From a bacterium (GTDB lineage Bacteria > Patescibacteriota > Minisyncoccia > Phycocordibacterales > Phycocordibacteraceae), in assembly GCA_023269085.1 (NCBI GenBank), contig JAHFML010000003.1, forward strand, positions 52,863 to 116,862: DNA of 64,000 nt. The letters are read 5' to 3'. Position 1 is the stretch's first letter. Each line of letters opens with the position of its first letter. Below are positions 18,667 through 27,255 of the stretch, one piece after another. Below the pieces are notes generated by a model, which worked only from the letters and a program-made list of their open reading frames with translations, had not been told where the DNA came from and did not search any database. The translations under genes and the position numbers were made by a program.

Positions 18667-18862
18667 TACTTTTGTCTGAACACGCTGGCATCTTCGGTTC
18701 CCAAACTTGAGGTGGCGAGGTTCCGGGTAAGTTCACCCGAAAAAAGAAATATAAGTTGGTGTGTCGCGCTGGTGGGCTCACGGCCCCGAATAAGATACAG
18801 CTCAGAGAGCATTCGATGGGTGGTAACCTTCGCTGGTGGTAAGGATGGTGCGACACACAAAG

Positions 18863-18971
18863 CGTCTCGGTTGGCAACGTCAATCGCGATGAGCGCGATT
18901 GGAACGCGAACGTCAACCGGCTCGACAACGACAATCGCTGGAACGCTGACAATCGGCTCCTCGTCCGCAAC
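18863..18971 (+). repeat. DGR1 template repeat (TR1)
   Basis: AAC/AAT-rich copy of VR1. Confidence 0.97.
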
Positions 18972-18976
18972 AGATC

Positions 18977-19410
18977 TTACTTTCTCTCGCTTTCTGCGGG
19001 AGTTTTCTTTTCAAGATATGAACGCCATGCGACCAGCATTTTGCTTGCATCAACAAGTAGTCCGCTTATACGTACATGTTGAGCGTTCGTAATCGCATTA
19101 CTCTCCCACCCGACAAGTAGAAGGAATTTCGCCACATCGAGTCGGGCAATTGAGATGTTGAGCGCAGAAATCTTTTGCGCGGACGGAAGATATGCCGCAG
19201 AAAAGGCAGATTCAAGCGTGTCGAGAAGAGCCGTGTCAATTCTCGTACCGATAGTCTGTCGCTTCGTTTTGGCAACGTGAGGGAGTGCTGCTTGCCAAGC
19301 GAGATACGCCTCCTTCAATTTCGATACTACGGGCACGAGCTTTTCTTGTTGCGGAAACGTCGGGGGGGGGGGGTACGTTCAGAAGAATGGATAGAATAAA
19401 TATCACTCAT
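18977..19410 (-). CDS. avd: DGR1 Avd-like four-helix-bundle protein; ATG19410 is out of frame across the C12 tract, body open from GTG19336
   Basis: RQTIGTRID...ASKMLVAW pattern; located between TR and RT. Confidence 0.8.
19362..19373 (+). repeat. G12 homopolymer at the avd/RT junction of DGR1
   Basis: cGGGGGGGGGGGGtacgtt. Confidence 0.95.
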
Positions 19411-20409
19411 TCCTTCGACAATATCACCTTGGTAGATAATTTGCTCGACGCGTGGAAAGAATTCTTGCGCGGCAAACAGAAGAGGAAAGACGTGCAAGTA
19501 TTCGGATATAATCTAATTGAAAATATAAAAAGCATCCACGCGGACCTCATTTCCGGCATCTACCAGCACGGCCAGTACGAGCACTTCAAAATCAACGACC
19601 CAAAGCCCCGCGACATCCACAAAGCGAGCGTGCGCGACCGGCTCGTGCACCATGCCATTTATCGCATTCTCTACCCATTCTTCGATCGCACTTTTATCAG
19701 CGACTCCTACTCCTGCCGCAATGGGAAGGGGACGCACAAAGCCATGAATCGCTTTAGAGCCTTTGCGCGCAAAGTATCGAAGAATGACACGCGCACTGCT
19801 TGGGTCTTGAAGTGCGACATACGCAAGTTCTTCGCATCGATTGATCAGCCAACGCTCCTCGCCCTCTTGAGAGAACGCATTTCAGACGAACGCACCCTGC
19901 TACTCCTGCAACGAGTTATCGAGAGCTTCTCAAGTACAGCGAGAGGGAAAGGCCTCCCGCTCGGCAATCTCACCTCACAGCTCCTCGTGAACATCTACAT
20001 GAACGAGTCCGATCAATTCGTGAAGCATATACTCAAAGCGAAATACTATATCCGCTATGCCGATGACTTCGTATTCATCTCCCACGATCGCAGAGAACTC
20101 GAGGCGCTTCTGCCTCGTGTCGATGCCTTTTTGCGCGACCGGCTCAAGCTCGAATTGCACCCGAATAAAGTCTCAATCGCCACGCTCGCTTCGGGTATCG
20201 ACTTCTTGGGCTGGGTGCATTTCTCTGACCATCGCGTCTTGCGAGGCGCGACGAAGCGACGGATGTTGCGGAGGATTGAAGAGACGAGCGACAAGCCGGA
20301 GGTGATGAGCTCGTATCTGGGGATGCTAGAGCATGGAAATGGGTACAAGTTGCGAGAAGAGATTATGTATTTGCATACACTCACCGAGGCGCGTACCATG
20401 GTGGCATGA
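19387..20409 (+). CDS. DGR1 reverse transcriptase
   Basis: RDRLVHHA, LKCDIRKFF, GLPLGNLTSQ (DGR-type SQ motif), YIRYADD, IDFLG. Confidence 0.95.
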   Translation: MDRINITHSFDNITLVDNLLDAWKEFLRGKQKRKDVQVFGYNLIENIKSIHADLISGIYQHGQYEHFKINDPKPRDIHKASVRDRLVHHAIYRILYPFFDRTFISDSYSCRNGKGTHKAMNRFRAFARKVSKNDTRTAWVLKCDIRKFFASIDQPTLLALLRERISDERTLLLLQRVIESFSSTARGKGLPLGNLTSQLLVNIYMNESDQFVKHILKAKYYIRYADDFVFISHDRRELEALLPRVDAFLRDRLKLELHPNKVSIATLASGIDFLGWVHFSDHRVLRGATKRRMLRRIEETSDKPEVMSSYLGMLEHGNGYKLREEIMYLHTLTEARTMVA

Positions 20410-20903
20410 AGCGTATCTTGGTTGCAACCATACTTTTTCTCGCGTTCTGCGGGCTCTCGGATTCGGTCTATCTCGCCGAGCACGAGGCGACCAGCACGCC
20501 GCTCGTCTGCAATATTCAGGGTCTTACCGGTTGTAACATCGTCGCGACAAGTTCCTACTCGCACCTCTTCGGCATCCCGACGGCACAGCTCGGCATTGCG
20601 TTCTACAGCGTTCTCTTCATTATCGCCGCGCTCGAACTCGCGCTTTTCACCAAGGTCTTGCGTCGCGCGCTGCAAGGGCTCTCGCTTGTCGGCACGGTCG
20701 CCTCGGTTGTCTTTGTTGGCCTGCAAGTCTTCGTGATTCACGCCTACTGCATCTATTGCCTTGCGTCAGCGATTATTGAAGTCATCATCTTCGCGCTCGC
20801 GCTCGGTATCGAGCCGGTCGAGGTGAAGGACAAAAAGAGGAATGAACCGCCGCTAGCTCCTCCGCAGTTTGAGTCGCACCTGTCGATGCCGCCACTTTCG
20901 TAG
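20406..20903 (+). CDS. Vitamin K epoxide reductase (VKOR) family protein
   Basis: C...GC..V..S.YS and C-I-Y-C motifs with TM segments. Confidence 0.88.
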   Translation: MKRILVATILFLAFCGLSDSVYLAEHEATSTPLVCNIQGLTGCNIVATSSYSHLFGIPTAQLGIAFYSVLFIIAALELALFTKVLRRALQGLSLVGTVASVVFVGLQVFVIHAYCIYCLASAIIEVIIFALALGIEPVEVKDKKRNEPPLAPPQFESHLSMPPLS

Positions 20904-20905
20904 AT

Positions 20906-22069
20906 ATGCGTTCCACATTTCTCACCCTCCTCGCCGCACTCATGCTCCCGACGAGTGCTCTGGCCGCACCTGCGGCGACGAAGCCAGCGTCCTTCTCGGC
21001 GGCGCAGTCGCTCACGGCCGCGAGCTCGTCTCCTGGGAATGCGTATGTCGCGGGCGCGTCGGTCGTCCTCACCGCACCCGTGGCGGGCGATCTCTCGGCA
21101 GTGGCCGGCTCGCTCGTGACGGCCGCGCCTGTTGGCGGCGACGATCTACTCCTCGCCGGCTCGATCAATTCTCGGGCGAGCGTCGCGGGCGATGTCCGTG
21201 CCGTGGGCGGGAGTATTGCTATTGACGCGCCCGTCGCCGGCGATCTCTTTGCAGTCGGCCTCACGGTGCAGGACAGCGGTCGGGTCGGGGGGAGCGTGTT
21301 TATCATCGGCGCGAACACGACGCTCGCGAATGGTGCTGCCGGGCCAGTAACGATTTATGCGAATAATATATCGCTTGGTGGCATCTTCACGGGAGATGTG
21401 CAGTTGAGTGCGATAGGGCATATCGCGCTCTTGCCGGGTACGGTGATTCGCGGGAAGCTGATCTATGACGCTCCCGAGCGGGCGGTCATCCCGGCGACGG
21501 CGGAGATCATCGGCGATACAGTGTATACGAATACCTCCTATCTCCCTGACACGAACGCTTCGCAGATGCTTGCCTTCGCGAGCGTTGGGTTCTTCATTAT
21601 CGTACGCATTGTCGGTGCATTGCTTCTCGCTGGCCTTCTCGCCGGTCTCTTCCCGAGCTTCGCCGACACGATTGCTGACCAGATGGTGCTGATGCCGCGA
21701 CGTAGTCTCTTCTTGACGATACTTCTCGGTTTCGCTGGTATCGTCGCAACGCCGGTGGTCATCGGCGTGCTCTCGCTCACCTTCGTCGGCATTGGTCTCG
21801 CGCTCCTACTGCTTGTCTTGTATGCACTCTTCATTCTGCTCGCTTTCCTCTATGCGGGCATCATTGCGGGTACGCTTCTCACGCGACAGTTCCTGCATCG
21901 CGAGCAAGTCTTGTGGCACGACGGCGTGCTCGGTATGACGCTCGTTTCGCTCATTGGGCTCGTGCCGATTGTCGGCGTGTGGGCACTCGCACTCTTCGTA
22001 TTCTTGACGCTCGGCATACTTCTACGACTTTGTTTCGTCTTTGCTTTTTCGCATGACGGTCGTGATTGA
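20906..22069 (+). CDS. Bactofilin-like beta-helix repeat membrane protein
   Basis: Signal peptide, repeated APVAGDL units, C-terminal TM bundle. Confidence 0.65.
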   Translation: MRSTFLTLLAALMLPTSALAAPAATKPASFSAAQSLTAASSSPGNAYVAGASVVLTAPVAGDLSAVAGSLVTAAPVGGDDLLLAGSINSRASVAGDVRAVGGSIAIDAPVAGDLFAVGLTVQDSGRVGGSVFIIGANTTLANGAAGPVTIYANNISLGGIFTGDVQLSAIGHIALLPGTVIRGKLIYDAPERAVIPATAEIIGDTVYTNTSYLPDTNASQMLAFASVGFFIIVRIVGALLLAGLLAGLFPSFADTIADQMVLMPRRSLFLTILLGFAGIVATPVVIGVLSLTFVGIGLALLLLVLYALFILLAFLYAGIIAGTLLTRQFLHREQVLWHDGVLGMTLVSLIGLVPIVGVWALALFVFLTLGILLRLCFVFAFSHDGRD

Positions 22070-22727
22070 GGGACTTTCAGAACGGAAGATGCGCGCGAAG
22101 AAGATTGTCGCGTATCTGAAGAAGGCGTATCCGGAGCCCTCGAGCGAGCTGAACCACGAGACGCCGTTTCAATTTGTCGTCGCGGTCGTGCTCTCGGCGC
22201 AGTGTTCCGATAAGGCGGTGAACAGAGTGACGGCAGAGCTTTTCAAAAAATATAAAACACCTCGCGACTTTGCCGCCGCGAATCTCGCGACGTTTACGAA
22301 AGAGATTTCATCGGTGACCTTCTTCCGTAACAAGGCAAAAGCGATTATTGTGACGGCGAAAGAGGTAGAGGCGCGGCACGACTCTGTCGTGCCGCGCACC
22401 GAATCTGAACTTGTCGCCCTCCCCGGTATCGGCTACAAGACCGCGCATGTGGTCTTGGGCGAGCTCTATGACCTCTGGGAGGGGATCGCGACCGACACGC
22501 ATGTGAAGCGCTTCGCGCTCCGCTTCGACCTCACGAGCGAGACGGACCCGACGAAGATTTCAAAAGCGCTCGAAGCGCTCATATCAAAAAAAGATTGGAA
22601 GTATGTGAACAATGGCCTTGTTCTCTATGGCCGCTATGTTTGCCCGGCCCGCCCGCATGACTGCGCCTCGCATCCTCTGACCCTCCTCTATCCGCCCGCC
22701 GCGCTCCGGTGGGTAAAAGTGAAATAA
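22053..22727 (+). CDS. nth: Endonuclease III
   Basis: VVLSAQCSD, LPGIGYKTA (HhH), ATDTHVKR. Confidence 0.92.
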   Translation: MTVVIEGLSERKMRAKKIVAYLKKAYPEPSSELNHETPFQFVVAVVLSAQCSDKAVNRVTAELFKKYKTPRDFAAANLATFTKEISSVTFFRNKAKAIIVTAKEVEARHDSVVPRTESELVALPGIGYKTAHVVLGELYDLWEGIATDTHVKRFALRFDLTSETDPTKISKALEALISKKDWKYVNNGLVLYGRYVCPARPHDCASHPLTLLYPPAALRWVKVK

Positions 22728-22733
22728 GTGGAC

Positions 22734-23789
22734 TGAAGATTCCCCTTTGAAATGCAATTGCTCTAACATGGAGCAATATGCAAAAGCGCCAAGAATTCAA
22801 ACATTTACAACAGAAGGACAGAGACCGTATTCATGATCTGTATCTGTTCGGCCACAGCCAGAAAGGCATCGCGGAAGTACTCGGGGTGAGCCCGGGCACC
22901 ATCTCGCGAGAACTGAAGCGGTATGACAAACGCACCTGGCGGTACTCCGCCACGAGAGCGCAAGAGGACGCAGAGCTGAAGCGTCTGCACAGCAAGCGCC
23001 CCGGCATGAAGATTGCCGAGAACCACGCACTGCGCCAGCAGGTCATTCAAGAACTAAAGAAACTCCGTTCCCCAGACGAGATTGCGGGACGCATGAAGAA
23101 AGAGGGAGTGTCACCACGAGTCGGCAAGAACGCTATATACAAATGGCTGTACAGCGAGGACGGCAAAGCATACTGTCGGTATCTCTGCACCAAACGAACC
23201 AAACCAAGAGGGCGTCGGTACCTTGAGGCACGTGTCCTCATTCCCGATCGAAAGTCCCACAGAACAAGGCCGGATTCCCCAGGGCTCATCCATACCGAAG
23301 GAGACTTGTTCGTATCACCACAAAAGTCAGGATCAACTGTATGTGGCCTTCTCGTGGTGGAAAAAGAGAGCAAGCTATACTCGGGTGCGCTCATTTCAAA
23401 CAAGAGCGCCGCGTTCATCGTACCCGCAATGCGACGAGCAACCCGAGCCGTCAGTGCAGACACCTGTACGCTCGACAATGGCATTGAGAACATCTGCCAT
23501 CGAAACTTCGACGTGGACACCTACTTCTGCGACCCAGGGACACCGACCCAGAAGCCGGATGTTGAGGGGTCAATCGGGCTCGTACGTCGCTGGTTCCTGC
23601 CAAAAGGAACTGACCTGTCCACCGTCTCCAATGAGACATACCAGTCGCAACTGCACCTGCTGAATCACAAGTATCGGAGGTCGCTCGGATACCGGAGTGC
23701 GTATGAAGACGCCCTTGAGCGAGGTATCATCAAACGAGTGCCGAGGGTTTCATTACAAATGGCGATTGCATTTCGCTAGGGAATTTACA
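22734..23789 (+). mobile_element. IS30-family insertion sequence
   Basis: Imperfect ~28-bp terminal IRs (TGAAGATTCCC...GAAATGCAATTGC / TGTAAATTCCC...GAAATGCAATCGC); 3-bp direct repeat GAC on both flanks. Confidence 0.9.
22778..23779 (+). CDS. IS30-family transposase
   Basis: HTH (TISRELKR), SPDEIAGR, IYKWLY; DDE residues in EGD / LDNG / VE. Confidence 0.92.
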   Translation: MQKRQEFKHLQQKDRDRIHDLYLFGHSQKGIAEVLGVSPGTISRELKRYDKRTWRYSATRAQEDAELKRLHSKRPGMKIAENHALRQQVIQELKKLRSPDEIAGRMKKEGVSPRVGKNAIYKWLYSEDGKAYCRYLCTKRTKPRGRRYLEARVLIPDRKSHRTRPDSPGLIHTEGDLFVSPQKSGSTVCGLLVVEKESKLYSGALISNKSAAFIVPAMRRATRAVSADTCTLDNGIENICHRNFDVDTYFCDPGTPTQKPDVEGSIGLVRRWFLPKGTDLSTVSNETYQSQLHLLNHKYRRSLGYRSAYEDALERGIIKRVPRVSLQMAIAFR

Positions 23790-23898
23790 GACAAAAAAGT
23801 TTGCGCGCTAGGCAAGAAGGTGTATAGTAAAAGTCTAACCGCACCACCTCTGTCTTCGGGCAGGGGTGGTTTGTTTCTGGAGGGAGTATACTAAAAAA

Positions 23899-24462
23899 AT
23901 GGTTTTGAACTTGAAAGAACGAGCGGCTGTTTATATCGACGGGAGCAACACTTACAACAAATTAAAATCTCTTGGGTTGCCGGAAAGTACGAAGAGGTTC
24001 GATTTCTCCGCGTTTGTGTCGCATATCGTCGGGGAACGATCTCTGGTCTCTCAAAGGTACTATGTCGGGATTGTTCGTAATCATGACACTACCGAAAAGA
24101 GCGAGACGCTTGTGCGCAAGCAACAGCAATTCTTGGAAACGCTACGGCTATCAGGATTTGAAATCAAACCGGGGAAAATCATGTATGACGGTGGTCGCAT
24201 ACGAGAAAAAGGTGTCGATGTAAAATTGGCGATTGATTTGGTCATTGGTGCGGCGGAAGATTTATACGACATCGCGATTGTCATCAGCTCAGATACTGAT
24301 CTTATACCGGCAATAAAATATGTTTTGAACGGAAAGAACAAGAAGGTCGAGTATGTTGGATTCGCTGGCGCGCCCTCACTCGGGATGAGTAAGGAGTGCA
24401 GTACGCAACGCCTTTTCTCGAAAGAGGATCTTTCCCCGTTTCAATTCCTTAAAGAAAATTAA
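23899..24462 (+). CDS. NYN domain protein (LabA/DUF88)
   Basis: YIDGSN, EKGVDVKLAID, SSDTD. Confidence 0.88.
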   Translation: MVLNLKERAAVYIDGSNTYNKLKSLGLPESTKRFDFSAFVSHIVGERSLVSQRYYVGIVRNHDTTEKSETLVRKQQQFLETLRLSGFEIKPGKIMYDGGRIREKGVDVKLAIDLVIGAAEDLYDIAIVISSDTDLIPAIKYVLNGKNKKVEYVGFAGAPSLGMSKECSTQRLFSKEDLSPFQFLKEN

Positions 24463-25299
24463 ATGTTAGCAGTATCGAAATTCAGAACGACCGTGTGGCG
24501 CTACTACCGAGAGCAGGGGCGGCATGATTTGCCGTGGAGGAAGACGCAGGATTTGTATCACATTCTCGTTTCTGAAGTGATGTTGCAACAGACGCAGGTA
24601 CATCGGGTACTCCCGATGTATGCCGAGTTCACGAAGCGTTTCCCGACGGCGCGGCGGCTTGCCGCCGCGCCGCTCTCTGAAGTGCTCAAAGTGTGGCAAG
24701 GGCTCGGCTACAATCGCCGCGCGAAAATGTTGCACCAAGCGGCGAAGGAAATTGAAGCACGCCCGACAAGGTTCGACCTTGAGGATTCGGATGTAAGGTC
24801 GAACCTTGTCGGGCGGCTCGAGGCGTTGCCCGGGGTGGGGCACTACACCGCGCGAGCCGTCGCGGCCTTCGCCTACAACGAAGACACCATCGTCATTGAG
24901 ACGAATATTCGCACGGCGGTTATCCATCACTTTTTTGCCGAGAGAACCGACAAAGTCTCGGATGCGGAAATTACTGAAGTACTCGCGCGCGCCCTGCCGC
25001 GAGGCGGGGCGCGCGACTGGTACAGCGCGCTCATGGACTATGGCGCGCACTTAAAGCAGATCGGCATCTCGCACAATGCCCGCACACAGGCGTCGGCGAA
25101 GCAGTCGAAGTTCGCGGGTTCGCTCAGGCAAGCGCGCGGGGCTCTCTTGCGAGAGCTCGCGCGCGGCGCGCAGAGCGCGCCGCATCTCCGCAACCTTTTG
25201 GGCGTCGACCGGCGCGACCAGGTGAACGCCGCTCTCAACGCGCTCCTCACCGAAGGCTTTCTGCAAAAAGAAAAAGGGAAGTATCGCCTTGCCGGCTAA
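24463..25299 (+). CDS. mutY: A/G-specific adenine glycosylase (short form)
   Basis: LPWR, VSEVMLQQTQV, WQGLGYNRRA, LPGVGHYTA; palindromic insert at 24760-24815. Confidence 0.9.
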   Translation: MLAVSKFRTTVWRYYREQGRHDLPWRKTQDLYHILVSEVMLQQTQVHRVLPMYAEFTKRFPTARRLAAAPLSEVLKVWQGLGYNRRAKMLHQAAKEIEARPTRFDLEDSDVRSNLVGRLEALPGVGHYTARAVAAFAYNEDTIVIETNIRTAVIHHFFAERTDKVSDAEITEVLARALPRGGARDWYSALMDYGAHLKQIGISHNARTQASAKQSKFAGSLRQARGALLRELARGAQSAPHLRNLLGVDRRDQVNAALNALLTEGFLQKEKGKYRLAG

Positions 25300-26456
25300 C
25301 GGAAATCTTTGATACACAAGGTTGCGATGGTGCCCGCGATCATGACGAATCCGCCCGTGAGCGCGAAGAAAAGCGGATAATTATAGTGACTGCAAAATAG
25401 GATTAGCGTGCCTGCGAGCGGTGCGAGTATGTTCGAGAGTGGCCACACGCCGCGGAAGACGCTCACTGACACGATGTCTTGTTCGGAGACACGGCGGAAG
25501 AAGTGCCCCTCGGTCATACTCTCGATCAAGGCCGCGCCGACGCGAGTTGCGAGCAGAACGGTGATGATAACGAGCACTGATGAGTGCGCGGTGATGAGGC
25601 CGATCGACGAGAGCGCCGCCCCTGCAATGATGAAGCCCGCGAGCATCATCTCCTTGTCGCCGAGGACACGATCGGCGACCCATCCGGCGGGATATTCGAT
25701 AAGGACATAGGGCAGAAGCATGAGCGAGAAGACCCAGCCGAGCTCGCTCCACGGGAGGCCGAGCACGCCGTGGAGGTAGACCGGCACATAGAGCGGCGCC
25801 CACATATAGAACATATACAAAATAAGATGGCCGATAGTGACTGCCGCGAGGTCGCGATTGTGCACGAGGTGGTGGAGCGTGTCGTGCACATGAGAGGGAT
25901 TGGGCGCCGTTCCATGGGGCAATTTGCGGAGCGAGAAGATGACGATGAAAGGCACGAGCACTGCGGCGGCGGTGAAGAAGACGAACGAGTAGCTCTCGGT
26001 CGACGCGAGCAGGGTGCCGATAAGAAGCGGCGCGACAAGGGAGCCGAGGTTGCCGCCGGTGAGGAACAATGTCCGTGCGCGGCCAGTCGTGCTCTCGCCG
26101 TCTATCGTCGCTTCGAGGAGAAGGTCGAGGCCGTAGTAGAGAATAGGCTGGAGTGATATGACGAGCACGACAAAAATCGCGCTCGCGATCGTGCTCGGCG
26201 CCGCCGCGACCGCGAAGAGCAGGATCATCGTGGTGAAGACTGAGGCGAGTGTGAGCCACTGAGCGCCCGTGCGCGCGACGATGCGCGGCAAGAAGAAGAA
26301 GAGTGCGAGCGCGGCCGCCGCGCCGAGCGCGATCGCGAAGCCGATGAGTGCCGCGGGGATGAAGGTGAGGAGATACGAGATGAGCGTGTAGCTCACCAAG
26401 GTTGATGAGACCGCGATAAAAAAGTTCCCGAGAAATAGCGTCGTCCGTGCGGGCAT
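25296..26456 (-). CDS. MFS transporter
   Basis: About 12 TM segments; GWVADRVLG loop motif. Confidence 0.85.
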   Translation of the reverse strand: MPARTTLFLGNFFIAVSSTLVSYTLISYLLTFIPAALIGFAIALGAAAALALFFFLPRIVARTGAQWLTLASVFTTMILLFAVAAAPSTIASAIFVVLVISLQPILYYGLDLLLEATIDGESTTGRARTLFLTGGNLGSLVAPLLIGTLLASTESYSFVFFTAAAVLVPFIVIFSLRKLPHGTAPNPSHVHDTLHHLVHNRDLAAVTIGHLILYMFYMWAPLYVPVYLHGVLGLPWSELGWVFSLMLLPYVLIEYPAGWVADRVLGDKEMMLAGFIIAGAALSSIGLITAHSSVLVIITVLLATRVGAALIESMTEGHFFRRVSEQDIVSVSVFRGVWPLSNILAPLAGTLILFCSHYNYPLFFALTGGFVMIAGTIATLCIKDFR

Positions 26457-26493
26457 GGTTATCGTAGAGTTTAGCATGAACGAAATCAATTTC

Positions 26494-26516
26494 GGGTGGA
26501 CACTAGGTGTCCACCC
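26494..26516. repeat. Palindrome GGGTGGACACTAGGTGTCCACCC (copy 1 of 4)
   Basis: Identical copies at 27230-27252 and 31281-31303; inverted copy at 52252-52274. Confidence 0.9.
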
Positions 26517-26609
26517 GTGTGTTTGCATATTGTCGCGCTCTGTGGCATGCTCACAGCGGACCCCGAGACGCGTTTTGGGGATGTTCCACAAACTGTGAAG
26601 GAGAAAATC

Positions 26610-27155
26610 ATGGACGAGTCCATGCAATTTGATGTGCTGAAGGGTACGGCAATGTTACCTGCCTGCAAACTCAAATCGGGTGTTCTGCGACGTCTCGTTG
26701 AGGAGATGTTTTACGAAAGTCACGGGAGCGCGCAGACATTTGCGTCCATATTTCAGGGCCATATGTTTCTGCAAAGCATATCAAATGGAATGGTTAACTG
26801 GACACGATGTCCCGGACTAGGGATGCAGACACGCGCTTATATGGTCGGGTCTGCGCGAAGTGACGAGGAAACGCAGAATCTGTGCGTAGCGTGGGTAGCG
26901 GGGTCGCGTGAGGAAATCGTATGGGTTATCGTCAAGACCTCACGCGCCGCCGGGCCGAGAGCGGAGGTGTCGCCAATCAGCGATACCGAAGTTGATGTGT
27001 TTTTGCAAGAGCGATTGGCGAACGCGAATTGGCATTTAAACGCCATCGTTCAGCATCTGAACACGCAACTCTGCATGCTTGAAGAGAGGCGTAGGAATCT
27101 GACCTCTGCTCACTATCTACTTGCGGGCGCGTTGAGGCGGATTGATTGGCCATAA
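26610..27155 (+). CDS. Hypothetical protein
   Basis: ORF with AAGGAGA SD, bracketed by two palindrome copies. Confidence 0.6.
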   Translation: MDESMQFDVLKGTAMLPACKLKSGVLRRLVEEMFYESHGSAQTFASIFQGHMFLQSISNGMVNWTRCPGLGMQTRAYMVGSARSDEETQNLCVAWVAGSREEIVWVIVKTSRAAGPRAEVSPISDTEVDVFLQERLANANWHLNAIVQHLNTQLCMLEERRRNLTSAHYLLAGALRRIDWP

Positions 27156-27255
27156 TCAGACCGCCGCGAAAAAATCGCGGGCACGCCAGAGGCGTGCCCG
27201 CGGTTTCTCTTTTTTACTTCTATCCTCGTGGGTGGACACTAGGTGTCCACCCATT

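Noticed and set aside
19285-19386. GTG19285 as RT1 start, giving a GGGG-containing N-terminus
   Set aside because: ATG19387 has a -10-like box at the typical leaderless distance and directly precedes the conserved region; the extension is antisense avd sequence. Not fully excluded.
19387-20409. RT as a group II intron, retron or CRISPR-associated RT
   Set aside because: No maturase/endonuclease extension or cas genes; the LGNLTSQ motif, Avd and adenine-specific VR/TR pair identify a DGR.
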